Positions 50,124 through 59,988 of a stretch of DNA of 64,000 bases are shown in pieces. The position numbers and the translations under genes were made by a program. The notes under the pieces were generated by a model. That model was not told the DNA's origin. It saw only the letters and a list, made by a program, of their open reading frames with translations, and did not search any database. Origin of the DNA: an uncultured cyanobacterium. GTDB lineage: Bacteria > Cyanobacteriota > Cyanobacteriia > Phormidesmidales > Phormidesmidaceae. Location of the stretch: the NCBI GenBank assembly GCA_963793265.1, contig CAWBZI010000002.1, positions 32,001 to 96,000 on the forward strand. The letters are read 5' to 3'. Each line of letters opens with the position of its first letter. The first letter of the stretch is position 1.

Positions 50124-50849
50124 ATGTCCACAGAATTAATTATTGTTTTGACCGTGGGCGTCGCTTCTTTTGTTCGAGGCGTTACTGGCTTCGGAGCCGC
50201 GCTAATTGCTATGCCGATTGTCTCTGGACTTACCGGCGTTTACACGGCGGCTCCTCTTATGGCAATCATTGGCCTGACTAACGATACGTTGCTATGTCTT
50301 TACTACCGACGTTCTTTTAACTGGGGCATCGTCGCCCATCTATGGATAGGGTCAGCTTTAGGTATCCCTGTTGGTTTTTTGATATTACGGGTTTTCCCAG
50401 GCGACTCTATGCTTTCAGCACTAGGTATTGTGATAGCGGCCTATGCTATCTATGCTTTGTTTGATCCGGTAATGCCTATTTTGAAGTCACGTCAGTGGGT
50501 ATATGCCACTGGTTTTTTGTGCGGTGCTTTGGGCAGCAGCTATAACTTACCAGGGCCACCGGTTATTTTGTATGGCAACAGCCAGCGATGGAGCCAGGAC
50601 AAGTTTAAAAGCAATCTTAGTATTTTCTTTTTGGGAAATGCTGTTTTGGTCGTGTTGGGCCATGTTGCTCAAGATAGGTTTTCTAGCGCTATTTTGCACC
50701 AATATATTATTGCAGTCCCCAGCATAGCGATTGGGCTATTTTCAGGTATTGTCCTCTCAAAATTTTTTAATCCGGTGCTATTTAGGAAAGTTGTCTTAGT
50801 GCTTCTAGTTGCAATCGGCATTCAACTGTTTCTTATAGAGCCCATTTAG
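50124..50849 (+). CDS. TauE/SafE sulfite/sulfonate exporter family
   Basis: FVRGVTGFGAALIAMP, GIPVG, PGPPV; about 8 TM segments. Confidence 0.88.
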   Translation: MSTELIIVLTVGVASFVRGVTGFGAALIAMPIVSGLTGVYTAAPLMAIIGLTNDTLLCLYYRRSFNWGIVAHLWIGSALGIPVGFLILRVFPGDSMLSALGIVIAAYAIYALFDPVMPILKSRQWVYATGFLCGALGSSYNLPGPPVILYGNSQRWSQDKFKSNLSIFFLGNAVLVVLGHVAQDRFSSAILHQYIIAVPSIAIGLFSGIVLSKFFNPVLFRKVVLVLLVAIGIQLFLIEPI

Positions 50850-50856
50850 TGTCTTT

Positions 50857-50892
50857 AAAAAAAGCGATAGACTATGAATTATCGTCTATCGC
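50857..50892 (-). terminator. Possible terminator
   Basis: GCGATAGAC/GTCTATCGC stem with T7 on the minus strand, between convergent units. Confidence 0.45.
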
Positions 50893-50899
50893 AGTGCTT

Positions 50900-51090
50900 A
50901 TGGCCTATTCGAGCAGTCTGCCAGATTTGGAGTGGGAAGTTCTAGAACCGCTGCTGCCAAGCGTGTTGCCTCAGAAGAAGGTTACCGCCCCGACGAAGTA
51001 GAGTAAGCGCGACATCATAGATGGCTCTTCTACTAGCTGAAGAACGGCTGCAATTGGGAAGACCTGCCGGAAGACTTGCCACCGTATTCA
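50900..51090 (+). mobile_element. IS5-family transposase N-terminal remnant
   Basis: MAYSSSLPDLEWEVLEPLLP...*SKRDIIDG, then a frameshift to LKNGCNWEDLPEDLPPYS. Confidence 0.8.
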
Positions 51091-51113
51091 GAGGCGAACG
51101 AGTTGATCCAAAT

Positions 51114-52013
51114 CTACGCTGCCGATGACTGGGCGGCTGATGACTGGGACAACCGCTGACTAATTTCGTTGATGCGAATTGTTTGCTGAAAGATCAGCGG
51201 CAGAGCATATATTCCTTCAGCGAATTCAAAAACGTAGGACAGCACAGCAAAGATGCCACCGGGTGTAGCGTTTTTGCCAGAGGCTGAGACAAACAAAGAG
51301 AACATTACCAACGCAAACAATAGCAGCTCGCTGAGTCCGAAGTTAACCGCTTCTAAGTTTGACAATTGAATACGGTGACCGGCTAGTCGCTGGAAATGAT
51401 TGAGAATCGTAGCGCTGGAGCCGGTTTCTATTACGCTAATCTGTTGCTCTAGCTCGTCATTGAGGTCGCGATTGAAGCGAAACGTCAGACGCTCGCTTTT
51501 TTGAAAGATGAAATAGACGCAGATCGCTGCTGATAAGCAGCCTGCGAATAAATAGCCGTTGTAAACCAACAGCATCAGTACCGCACCGATAACGCTAACA
51601 AACGCAGTAAAGCCTTGAGTGAGATGAACTTCAAAGAAGTCTATGAGTTCTTTGACGAGGCTGCTGCGCACGGAGATCGCAGATATCGGCGCGTTCAAAG
51701 CCGTCTGACGTTGAATCATATCAACCGCTGTCGCACTGTAGATTTTTGAATAGATACGGGTGTCGTATAGCCGTCGTCCAAATGATAGCAACAGCTTGGA
51801 GACATATAAAACAACTATCCAAATAGTCCCCCGCAGCGACTGCTCCAATAGATCGTTGATTGCCAAACCAAACGCGAACGGCTGCAAAACATTGAGCGCA
51901 TTTTCAATGAGTAATAGCCAAAAGGTTAACAGGAGTTGGCCTCGGAACCGTCGGAACATCTGTGCGAGGGAAAAAGGTGAGTTTTGAGAGGAACGGCTGC
52001 GGTCATTGAGCAT
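51114..52013 (-). CDS. Stand-alone ABC six-transmembrane-domain protein
   Basis: PFAFGLAINDLL, RRLYDTRIY, ELIDFFE; the ATG at 52013 overlaps the devA stop. Confidence 0.8.
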   Translation of the reverse strand: MLNDRSRSSQNSPFSLAQMFRRFRGQLLLTFWLLLIENALNVLQPFAFGLAINDLLEQSLRGTIWIVVLYVSKLLLSFGRRLYDTRIYSKIYSATAVDMIQRQTALNAPISAISVRSSLVKELIDFFEVHLTQGFTAFVSVIGAVLMLLVYNGYLFAGCLSAAICVYFIFQKSERLTFRFNRDLNDELEQQISVIETGSSATILNHFQRLAGHRIQLSNLEAVNFGLSELLLFALVMFSLFVSASGKNATPGGIFAVLSYVFEFAEGIYALPLIFQQTIRINEISQRLSQSSAAQSSAA

Positions 52014-52752
52014 GAACTGGGCCTCCGGGCTGTGGCGGCTGAGTGAGGCGACCATCTTCCAAATAGACAATACGATCGGCGATATCAAGAATACGGTTGT
52101 CGTGGGTGACCAAGAGAATGGTGCAGTGCTGTTCTCTAGCAAGTTTTTGCATCAGTTCAACAACATCTCGGCCTGATTTTTTGTCCAGCGCGGCAGTGGG
52201 TTCGTCGGCGAGAAGGATTTTTGGATTGCTGACTAGGGCGCGAGCGATCGCAACCCGCTGCTTTTGTCCACCAGACAAACTCTCAGGATAGTAGTCAATC
52301 CGTTCGCCCAGTCCAACCTGATGGAGAATTGAGATCGCTCGTTGATCTAGATCTTCTGCAGTCACCTCGTCATGAAGCTCTAACGACATTCGCACATTCT
52401 GCTTTGCCGTTAGAAAGCTCATCAGGTTATGCGCCTGAAAAATATAGCCGATTTGCTTACGTAGTGCAGTCAGCTGCGGCTTCGTGGCACCTAGAATTTC
52501 TTTGTTCAAAATTTTTAAGCTGCCTTCTTGAGCTGAGCGCAAGCCGCCCATCAGCGTCAGCAGAGTTGTCTTACCCGAGCCAGAGGGCCCCGTCATAATC
52601 ACAATTTCCCCGGCTTCAATAGTCAGCGTGATGTTATGCAGAACCTGCTTTTTAAGTTCACCACTGCCAAAGCTATGGCTAAGCTGCGCGATAGAAATAA
52701 CTGACTGAGAGAGAGATTGAGGACTTTTGTGAGTAAGCGTAGTCGCGTTCAT
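52003..52752 (-). CDS. devA: DevA-family ABC ATPase
   Basis: GPSGSGKTT, FQAHNL, LSGGQKQR, ADEPTAALD, VTHDNRI. Confidence 0.88.
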   Translation of the reverse strand: MNATTLTHKSPQSLSQSVISIAQLSHSFGSGELKKQVLHNITLTIEAGEIVIMTGPSGSGKTTLLTLMGGLRSAQEGSLKILNKEILGATKPQLTALRKQIGYIFQAHNLMSFLTAKQNVRMSLELHDEVTAEDLDQRAISILHQVGLGERIDYYPESLSGGQKQRVAIARALVSNPKILLADEPTAALDKKSGRDVVELMQKLAREQHCTILLVTHDNRILDIADRIVYLEDGRLTQPPQPGGPVHAQ

Positions 52753-52789
52753 AGTAAATTCAATCTGGAGTGTAGATTAGATTGATTCA

Positions 52790-53962
52790 TTAAAAAATGT
52801 CGGCAGGATCTGCCGAACGCAGTTTCCCCAGCGCAATCAAACCCGAACCGCTGCACATAACAAGTGTCAGAGAAAAAACAAAGACAGCTCTACCCGTTTT
52901 CATAACCACTGGTAGCGAGGTAGCCGCATAGGTGATTTGGTAGAGCCCAAGCGAGAGAACAAACCCTGGAATAAATCCTAAAACCGCGAGTACGAGAATT
53001 TCTTGAGCTAGAACGCTGGTGAGATAGCGATCGCTATAGCCCATCGCCTTGAGCGTTGCGTACTCAGGGAGATGATCGGAAACATCGGTATACAAGATCT
53101 GATAAACAATCACCGTACCGACAATAAAGCCGACCACAGCCCCTAAATTGAAGATGAATCCTGTACCGCCTTCTCCCCAGAACTTGCGTTCTAACGCAAT
53201 AAACTCAGCCTTAGTCAGCACTTTGACATCTGTGGTCAATCCTGTCTGAAGTTGGGCTTGAACTTCATGGACATCAACGCCAGAATTAAGTTGAATAATA
53301 CCGATATCTACTTGATTGGGCAAACGATCTGGGAAAAGAGTTAGAAAGCTAGAAACGCTAGTAATCAGATTGCCCTCTGCGCCAAACGATGCGCCTAGAG
53401 AGAACACGCCAACTGCCTCGAACTGTTTTCCGTCCACCTCTGTAGCAACTTTTCCCTGCTCTTTAATGAGGTTTGGAATCGGGCCAAATTTTTCATTCGA
53501 TAGCTGATCAAACAGTCCTCTGTTGAGAAGCTTGAGCTGTTTAAGCTGGTCTGAGTCCTGCAAAAAGGCAAAGGGTGGATGGCTCGGATCGATACCAAAA
53601 ATCTGAATCTCTCGGCTCAGGCGATTTTCTGGATTTCGCCATGCTCCCGTTCCGCTATACAACGCGCTGACAGTCGCAACCCCTTCGTACCCACTAGCCT
53701 GATAGAGCCGCTGGCGCGGGAAGCTGGGCATACCCAGGATGGATTTTGTCTGCGGATTTAGCAACACTAAATCCGTTTGGAGCAGACGATGGGGTTGCGT
53801 GGCACTGTCATAGAGGGCTTCGAGCATACCCATTTGAATGAACATTAAAATATCGGCGAAGGCAATGCCCGCTAGCGCTACGGCTAAGCGTGTCTTTTGC
53901 TTCATGATTTGGTGCCAGGCCAGCGGCGTCTTACGTCGAAAGCGCCTTAATATCGGGAGCAT
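52790..53962 (-). CDS. devC: DevC-family ABC permease
   Basis: PLAW.Q, AGIAFADILMF.QMG, VYQILYTDV..HL.EYATLKAMGY, ADPADIF. Confidence 0.9.
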   Translation of the reverse strand: MLPILRRFRRKTPLAWHQIMKQKTRLAVALAGIAFADILMFIQMGMLEALYDSATQPHRLLQTDLVLLNPQTKSILGMPSFPRQRLYQASGYEGVATVSALYSGTGAWRNPENRLSREIQIFGIDPSHPPFAFLQDSDQLKQLKLLNRGLFDQLSNEKFGPIPNLIKEQGKVATEVDGKQFEAVGVFSLGASFGAEGNLITSVSSFLTLFPDRLPNQVDIGIIQLNSGVDVHEVQAQLQTGLTTDVKVLTKAEFIALERKFWGEGGTGFIFNLGAVVGFIVGTVIVYQILYTDVSDHLPEYATLKAMGYSDRYLTSVLAQEILVLAVLGFIPGFVLSLGLYQITYAATSLPVVMKTGRAVFVFSLTLVMCSGSGLIALGKLRSADPADIF

Positions 53963-55140
53963 TACGGCACCTCAGTCACTTCTATTGCAGCTTCAACCTG
54001 AAGATTGCTAAGTTTAGCGACCTTTTGACTATCTTCCGCACTCAGCGCGATCCGAACTTCCACTACCCTGCTGTCTAGGTTGCTCCCTGGCTGATTGCTA
54101 AATACCGACTGCTTGCTGACTATCTGACCAATTTGTTCTACTGTACCTATCAGCTCGCTAGCAAAGGCATTGCCTGTAATAACAGCACTTTGACCTGTCT
54201 GAACCTGTTGAATATCTGATCCATCCACTTCTGCAACCACAACCATGCGCTGCGTTTGACCTAGTTCGGCAATGCCTTGACTGTCTACAGTCTCGCCGGG
54301 ATAGCTGTGAATTTTGAGTATCTGTCCAGCTATAGGGGCGCGAATCTGAGACTTTGATAGCTCGGTTCTGGCTACGGCTAACGCCTCTGCGGCGCTGTCA
54401 ACGTCCGCTTGAGCAACCGCAACATCTTCAGGGCGAATTTCTCTGAGCTGGTTCAAATTAGCTTGAGCAGAGGTAATCTGTGCCTGAAGGGCCTGTTGCG
54501 ATCTTCCTAACTCAGATGCAGCTTCTTCAACCTGAGCTTGCGCCGCGATCAGTGTCGTTTGTTTTTCATCGCGAGCAGAGGCTGAAACAGCACCTCGCTG
54601 ATATAGCTGCTCAAAGCGATCGAATTCTACCTGAGCGTTTTGCAGCTCGGCGCGAAGTCGAGTGAGTGTGGCGGACTGGGCCGAAACCGTGCCAGCCAAA
54701 TTAGCTTCTAGCTGCGTAATATCAGCTTCTTGAGCTGCAATAATTCCTTGCTTTTCGCCAGCTTGTACCAGTGCCAGCTTTTGTTGAGCGGCTCGCATCT
54801 GAGCTTCAGCTTGAGCAGCTAGCTGTTGCAGGCGAGTGCCGGAGTCCATGACTGCGATCACCTGCCCAGCGTCAACAGTCTCTCCTTCTGCAACTAAAAG
54901 TTCAGCAACGCGATCGCCATCCAGCGCTAGTGGCAAAGACAGGTTTACCACCCTTGAAGCAGGCTCTAGCCGACCTAGTGCGACAATCGTAGGCGGCAAC
55001 GTTTGAACAGCCATAGGCTTTGTCACTGAAGTCTCACGCAGCATCGGCACGACTGTGTACGTCGCAAGGCCACCTAAGACGGTGACAAGCAGTCCAAATC
55101 CTATTAACCATTCAGGTTTTGACCAGACTTTAATGGCCAT
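53962..55140 (-). CDS. devB: DevB-family membrane fusion protein
   Basis: ALGRLEP, coiled coil, IRAPIAGQIL, D.RVVEVRI. Confidence 0.88.
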   Translation of the reverse strand: MAIKVWSKPEWLIGFGLLVTVLGGLATYTVVPMLRETSVTKPMAVQTLPPTIVALGRLEPASRVVNLSLPLALDGDRVAELLVAEGETVDAGQVIAVMDSGTRLQQLAAQAEAQMRAAQQKLALVQAGEKQGIIAAQEADITQLEANLAGTVSAQSATLTRLRAELQNAQVEFDRFEQLYQRGAVSASARDEKQTTLIAAQAQVEEAASELGRSQQALQAQITSAQANLNQLREIRPEDVAVAQADVDSAAEALAVARTELSKSQIRAPIAGQILKIHSYPGETVDSQGIAELGQTQRMVVVAEVDGSDIQQVQTGQSAVITGNAFASELIGTVEQIGQIVSKQSVFSNQPGSNLDSRVVEVRIALSAEDSQKVAKLSNLQVEAAIEVTEVP

Positions 55141-55150
55141 ACATACAAAG

Positions 55151-55195
55151 TGCGAACGTTCGTTCTCATAATAACATAAGGAGATGGATTGTCAA
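55151..55195 (-). promoter_or_regulatory. devBCA promoter with TetR-type operator
   Basis: Minus-strand TTGACA-N16-TATTAT adjoining the palindrome TGCGAACG-TT-CGTTCTCA. Confidence 0.6.
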
Positions 55196-55231
55196 GCGCT
55201 ATGTTAGATTTACTCCCTGCCCAAGTGTTTT

Positions 55232-55831
55232 ATGTCTAGAACCCGAGACGAAGATAGTTTTCAGAAAAAACGCCAGGAAATTCTAGAGGTCGCCTCTCGG
55301 TGCTTCATCGAGTCTGGATTTCATGGCACTGGCATGGCCAAGATTTGTAAGGCGGCTGGGATGAGTCCTGGGGCGCTGTATCGCTACTTTCCTTCTAAAG
55401 AATCAATGATTGAAGCAGTTGTAGAGAAGGATCGCGCGGATGCGGCTTTATTCATAACAGAGTTAATGCAGGCCGAAAATAAAGCATTGGCCTTGGCTTC
55501 GCTGATGGCAAAGGTCATTTTATTTCTCTCTAAAGATCGCAGCTACTGCCAGCTTGCGGTAGAAATTTCAGCGGAGGTAGCGCGGAATGAGGCGATCGCA
55601 AAGTTGTATGCAGGAACCGACGCCGCACTTATTGCTGCACTGATCACAGCGGTGAAGCAGGGTCAGACGGCAGGGCAAATCGACAAAAAACTAAAGCCTG
55701 AAGTAACGGCACAGCTTTTTATAGTGATGATAGATGGTTTTATTGGGCGGCTGGCTATTGAAGCGGGCTGGGATGTAGAGGCGATCTCGAAACAAGCAGA
55801 AGCGGCTGTCTTCAAGCTGTTATCTCCATAA
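55232..55831 (+). CDS. TetR-family regulator
   Basis: GFHGTGMAKICKAAGMSPGALYRYFPSK. Confidence 0.92.
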   Translation: MSRTRDEDSFQKKRQEILEVASRCFIESGFHGTGMAKICKAAGMSPGALYRYFPSKESMIEAVVEKDRADAALFITELMQAENKALALASLMAKVILFLSKDRSYCQLAVEISAEVARNEAIAKLYAGTDAALIAALITAVKQGQTAGQIDKKLKPEVTAQLFIVMIDGFIGRLAIEAGWDVEAISKQAEAAVFKLLSP

Positions 55832-56019
55832 AGTAGTCATTCGACTGCTGTTCCATATGTCTCAAATTTCAGACTTTTTGAACCATAGAAAAGTAGTGTT
55901 TCTTTTGATGTCTCAAACTAACGTTCTCAAAGACCCTAGAGCATATGAGATAGTGCGCTTCTCTCAAAATGACCGTTAGCTATCTACGGATTGGCTATGA
56001 ACACGAGTAGCGAGGAGCT

Positions 56020-57501
56020 TTATATTGAAGGACGATAAGAGCCTTTCACCACGTCATCTATCTGCTGAGCGATCGCAATCAGCTCTATCTCTTTCCACCG
56101 CTTCCCTACGATCTGTAACCCCATCGGTAGTCCCTCAGCCGTTAGTCCTGCCGGAATGACAACCGCTGGGTGCCCACTCAAGTTGAAAGGCATTGCATAC
56201 GCGCCATTCGCGACTGCATAGGGATAGTCCGCCCCATCAATATTAATAGCTGTCCAGGAAGGACGATGCTTGAAGGCAGCGGTTGCAGCGACAGGCATGA
56301 TCCAAACATCCCAGGGGGCGAGAGCTTCGTCCATATAAGCGGTGAACTGATCGCGCTCTGTGAGTGCTTCAAAGTATCCTCTTAGGCTTGGACGTAGAAG
56401 CTCAGGTAGTACCTGACTGAAGTCGCCAAGCTGCCGTAATGCTTTGTCTCCCTGCGTAGCCGTTCTGAAGATCTGTGCGAGGCCAGTTTTAATAGTGTGC
56501 TTGTTTCTTGGCAGCGAACAGGTGCTGACGTACGCGGCTATGCGCATGTACAGGTTCAAGACCTTAGAAATATCAAACCCTTCTGGGCTCCATCTTTCAA
56601 GTTGAACATCGTAGCTAGAAAGCTGGTGCACGATAGCTTGAATCCGTTCGCGCAGAGGTGATGCAACTGGGACTTGCGGCCACTCATCTATCCAAGCGAT
56701 GTTCAGCGCTGATAAAGGCTTACCTGATGGCGTATCTAACGGAACAGGTGGCACGTCGGGCCTACGAGGGTCTGCGCCTGCGATCACAGAAAAAGATAGC
56801 TGAATATCTTCTAACGAGCTTGCTAAGCAGCCGACTGTCATCATCTGCCTTAAGCAAGTTGGCATCCCAGGCACCTCTGGGATGGTGCCTGCTAGCGAGA
56901 TTCTTCGGTCTGTAGGCTTCAAACCATAGACGCCACAGAAATGCGCAGGCTGTCGAATAGAGCCTGCAAAATCGTTACCGAAGTCTAACGGAGATAGCCC
57001 TGCGCTGACCGCCGCTGCGCTACCGCCAGAACTTCCACCAGGCGTATAGTCACCGTTCCAAGGATTGTTCACCGTTGGAAAAAGAGAATTACTACTTTGA
57101 TAGTCGCCTGCTAGCTCTGCCATATTAGACTTACCCAGCACGATTGCGCCTGCACTGCGCAATCTCGAAACAACCGTAGCGTCTTGCTTCGGCACATAGT
57201 CTTTCAACGGTATGTATCCCGCAGTTGTCCTAAGACCGGCTGTCTCAAACATATCTTTGAGCGTGATAGGGACACCATGTAGCACGCCCCAGCTCTCTCC
57301 TTTGCCGGTCGCCACGTCAGCTTCTTTTGCTTTCTCCAACGCACCTTCTGAATCTAGAGTGCAGATTGCATTCAGCGCAGGGTTATGTTTTTCAATCTTG
57401 TTTAGGTAAGCCGTGACGACCTCCGTAGAATCAAGCTCGCGATCTCGTATTTTCCTCGCCAGTTCGGACGCAGATAGAAAAGTGATATCAGCCATACGCA
57501 A
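56020..57501 (-). CDS. Amidase-signature family amidase
   Basis: GVPITLKD, GGSSGGS, DFAGSIRQPA (Ser-cisSer-Lys triad). Confidence 0.93.
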   Translation of the reverse strand: MRMADITFLSASELARKIRDRELDSTEVVTAYLNKIEKHNPALNAICTLDSEGALEKAKEADVATGKGESWGVLHGVPITLKDMFETAGLRTTAGYIPLKDYVPKQDATVVSRLRSAGAIVLGKSNMAELAGDYQSSNSLFPTVNNPWNGDYTPGGSSGGSAAAVSAGLSPLDFGNDFAGSIRQPAHFCGVYGLKPTDRRISLAGTIPEVPGMPTCLRQMMTVGCLASSLEDIQLSFSVIAGADPRRPDVPPVPLDTPSGKPLSALNIAWIDEWPQVPVASPLRERIQAIVHQLSSYDVQLERWSPEGFDISKVLNLYMRIAAYVSTCSLPRNKHTIKTGLAQIFRTATQGDKALRQLGDFSQVLPELLRPSLRGYFEALTERDQFTAYMDEALAPWDVWIMPVAATAAFKHRPSWTAINIDGADYPYAVANGAYAMPFNLSGHPAVVIPAGLTAEGLPMGLQIVGKRWKEIELIAIAQQIDDVVKGSYRPSI

Positions 57502-57551
57502 CTACCTCTAAGAGTAGGCTCGTAAGTTGTTAAGCTCAATCATAAGCGCTT

Positions 57552-57572
57552 TTAGTTAATAGTGTTAACTAA
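57552..57572. promoter_or_regulatory. Candidate TetR operator
   Basis: TTAGTTAA-TAGTG-TTAACTAA, perfect 8-bp arms between the divergent amidase and TetR genes. Confidence 0.7.
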
Positions 57573-57578
57573 CTTGAT

Positions 57579-58175
57579 ATGGGCCGACCTAAGAAGGAAA
57601 ATTCGCTGACGCCGCAAGCTGTTGTGATAGCTGCGATCGCCTGCATTGATAAAGAAGGCGTAGGTGCGCTAGGCGTGAACCGAGTCGCCCGCGAGCTGGG
57701 CATCAAGCCCCCGGCTATCTATAAGCATGTGAAAGGAAATGCAGGACTAAAAAGAGCGGTGGCGATCGCTATTTGGAAAGACTATCTTGACTACTTCGAC
57801 GACCAAACCGCAGCCGTTACCGATCTCAGCTCGATGATGTTTTTAGGCGCACAGGCGACACGTCGCTATGCCAAGCAGCACTTTGCTCGCTACAGCGTCA
57901 TGATGGGCTATCGGATGAAACCAACCGACTCTGAAGAAGCCACTATTATTGAGCGATCGCTACAGCCCTTTCGCGTCTGCCTCAGTTCTGAAGACTACGC
58001 TGAAAGTACGCTGATCGACATTATGCGTATGGTCAACGCAGCTATCTATGGTTTCATTATGAGAGAGCAAATGGACTTGATGACGCTGAAGCGGTCTGCC
58101 GATGAGAGCTATGACGTGATGTTGAAGTTGTTGCTTATAGCCATTCAACATATAGATAATCTAAAGGAAGACTAG
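57579..58175 (+). CDS. TetR-family regulator
   Basis: LGVNRVARELGIKPPAIYKH. Confidence 0.9.
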   Translation: MGRPKKENSLTPQAVVIAAIACIDKEGVGALGVNRVARELGIKPPAIYKHVKGNAGLKRAVAIAIWKDYLDYFDDQTAAVTDLSSMMFLGAQATRRYAKQHFARYSVMMGYRMKPTDSEEATIIERSLQPFRVCLSSEDYAESTLIDIMRMVNAAIYGFIMREQMDLMTLKRSADESYDVMLKLLLIAIQHIDNLKED

Positions 58176-58318
58176 CCGTAGGTGTCCTATTCTATTTTGG
58201 TGCAGCCTAGTTGCCCAGGGGCACAACCATTCAAAGATAGCCCTATAGCCCTAATGCTACTAACCCTATACTCAAACAAGCTGCTTCAACCTTAACTGTC
58301 TGGTGGAGAACCCTCCTT

Positions 58319-58651
58319 ATGCCCGAAGAACTTGTTCCGGTCTTTCGCGTTGCGAATGCACATGAAACTGCAAAATGGTACGCTCGGCTTGGGTTTATCA
58401 TTGAGGGTGAACACCGATTCGCTTCGGAGCTGCCGCTATATCTGCTGCTTCGTCGTGGTTCAAATGCACTTCATCTGTCTGAACATGAAGGCGACGCTCG
58501 ACCCAACACGCTCGTATATCTATACGTCAATAATATTGATGAAATTGCTGCCGAGTTCAGCGTTGAAATTAAGGATCAACCGTGGGCACGCGAAGTGTCG
58601 CTGACCGATCCTGATGGCAATCGATTGCGCATTGGACAGTTGAAGGACTGA
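58319..58651 (+). CDS. VOC/glyoxalase-bleomycin-resistance family protein
   Basis: WYARLGF, LHLSEH.GD, DPDGNRLR. Confidence 0.88.
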   Translation: MPEELVPVFRVANAHETAKWYARLGFIIEGEHRFASELPLYLLLRRGSNALHLSEHEGDARPNTLVYLYVNNIDEIAAEFSVEIKDQPWAREVSLTDPDGNRLRIGQLKD

Positions 58652-58816
58652 CTAATTGCTGGATATGCATCGGGGGTTTTATCTACTCTTATTGTCCCAA
58701 TGCATAAGGCAACGATTTAAGGTGATGACTTCAGCATGTGACAGTTGCTTTACCTGAACCAAACTTGGCTGCTACACCAGCACCAAAGCTGACAGCTCAC
58801 ATACAATGCAGCCATA

Positions 58817-59221
58817 ATGATTGGAGAAAAACCGATGCCCTTAACCTCTATCAGGCGCAGCCTTGGCTTTGGTTGGTTCTGTCTACTCTCAATGCTGATA
58901 GCAGGTGTCATCGTCTCAATGGACTACGAAATTGGAAGCTTGAAAAGCGCTCTAACCACTCACTTTGGGTCTACGGTCATGGTAGCGACTGCTATCGCGC
59001 TGATAGCAGTATGGCCGCTTATGGTATTCAAGAGAAAGCGGTGGATGCGTGGACTGCTTACTGCTTTCGGGATGGGAATCATTTCTCATATGGTGCTACA
59101 GATATGGGCCGCCTCATCATCATTACCAACTATCCAAGAGTCTCTATTATTTGTCGTCGTAGCAGGTACCTGTTGGATTCTGATCGCTCTACCGTCAGCA
59201 CTATTTCTCAGTAGACCCTAA
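58817..59221 (+). CDS. Hypothetical membrane protein
   Basis: Four hydrophobic segments. Confidence 0.55.
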   Translation: MIGEKPMPLTSIRRSLGFGWFCLLSMLIAGVIVSMDYEIGSLKSALTTHFGSTVMVATAIALIAVWPLMVFKRKRWMRGLLTAFGMGIISHMVLQIWAASSSLPTIQESLLFVVVAGTCWILIALPSALFLSRP

Positions 59222-59284
59222 TGCAGTCTCACCAGACTCAAAATGTTGACTTGTTTCTCTTTATTCTAAGGAAAAATAGCGCCG

Positions 59285-59557
59285 ATGATAGTACGACCTT
59301 CTGCTACGACGAAATCGTTCATGCTTAGTGCTGCTAGTCTAACCGTTGCGGTGTTCTCGGTGCTGATAGGTCAGCAAGTAGATTACTTGAGCTACCTAGC
59401 ACTGTTTAATAGTATGGCTCTATTGATGCTGTCGTTTGCAATCGCAGCACTTCTGCTGAGCATTATCGGTATATGGCGACAGCCAGAAAACAACCTATGG
59501 GGCTGGTCAGCTAGCGGGTTAGCGCTCTGCGTACTGCTTCTGTATGTATTCGACTAA
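59285..59557 (+). CDS. Hypothetical small membrane protein
   Basis: Three hydrophobic segments; AAGGA upstream. Confidence 0.55.
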   Translation: MIVRPSATTKSFMLSAASLTVAVFSVLIGQQVDYLSYLALFNSMALLMLSFAIAALLLSIIGIWRQPENNLWGWSASGLALCVLLLYVFD

Positions 59558-59988
59558 GCTGCAATAACTCAATCAGCCTGTTAGCGAGGATGACTTAGCC
59601 TTTAGCTGTGAAGCCACCTGCTAATAGTAAATAGAGCGCTCATAAGCTTCTTGGTAAAGGTGCGAAACTGGCGCACTAGCTCTTCAGGTTTCTCAGGTTT
59701 CTGTTGCGAGGAGAACTAGCCAGGGCGAGGTCGCTATCGATGTACGACGCTAAACAAGTCCCTTCTATCTCAGAACTGTTGATGCCTTGGCCGCTATCAA
59801 TGTATTGCTGCACCGTATTGCTGCACCAAAAAGGGAGGCAGCTCAGTCACGCAGGCACCTGCTAAAGCAAGGTCTAATAGCTAACATATTGGAACCTATT
59901 CCTCCACAAACAAATCCGACTTTTGCCTCATTTCATAGCCATTGCCGTCAGAATAGGTAAACAAGCCGACCTATAAGGACAAACCAGA

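Noticed and set aside
56020..57501. Amidase as a member of the nitrile hydratase cluster
   Set aside because: Separated by an IS5 remnant and the devBCA unit, and paired with its own TetR and operator; a functional link is possible but unsupported
58738..59214. 158-aa ORF
   Set aside because: Overlaps the more plausible membrane-protein frame 58817-59221 and has atypical composition
59590..59830. Possible decayed gene and the 13-bp tandem GTATTGCTGCACC
   Set aside because: No family is recognisable; the tandem is likely slippage
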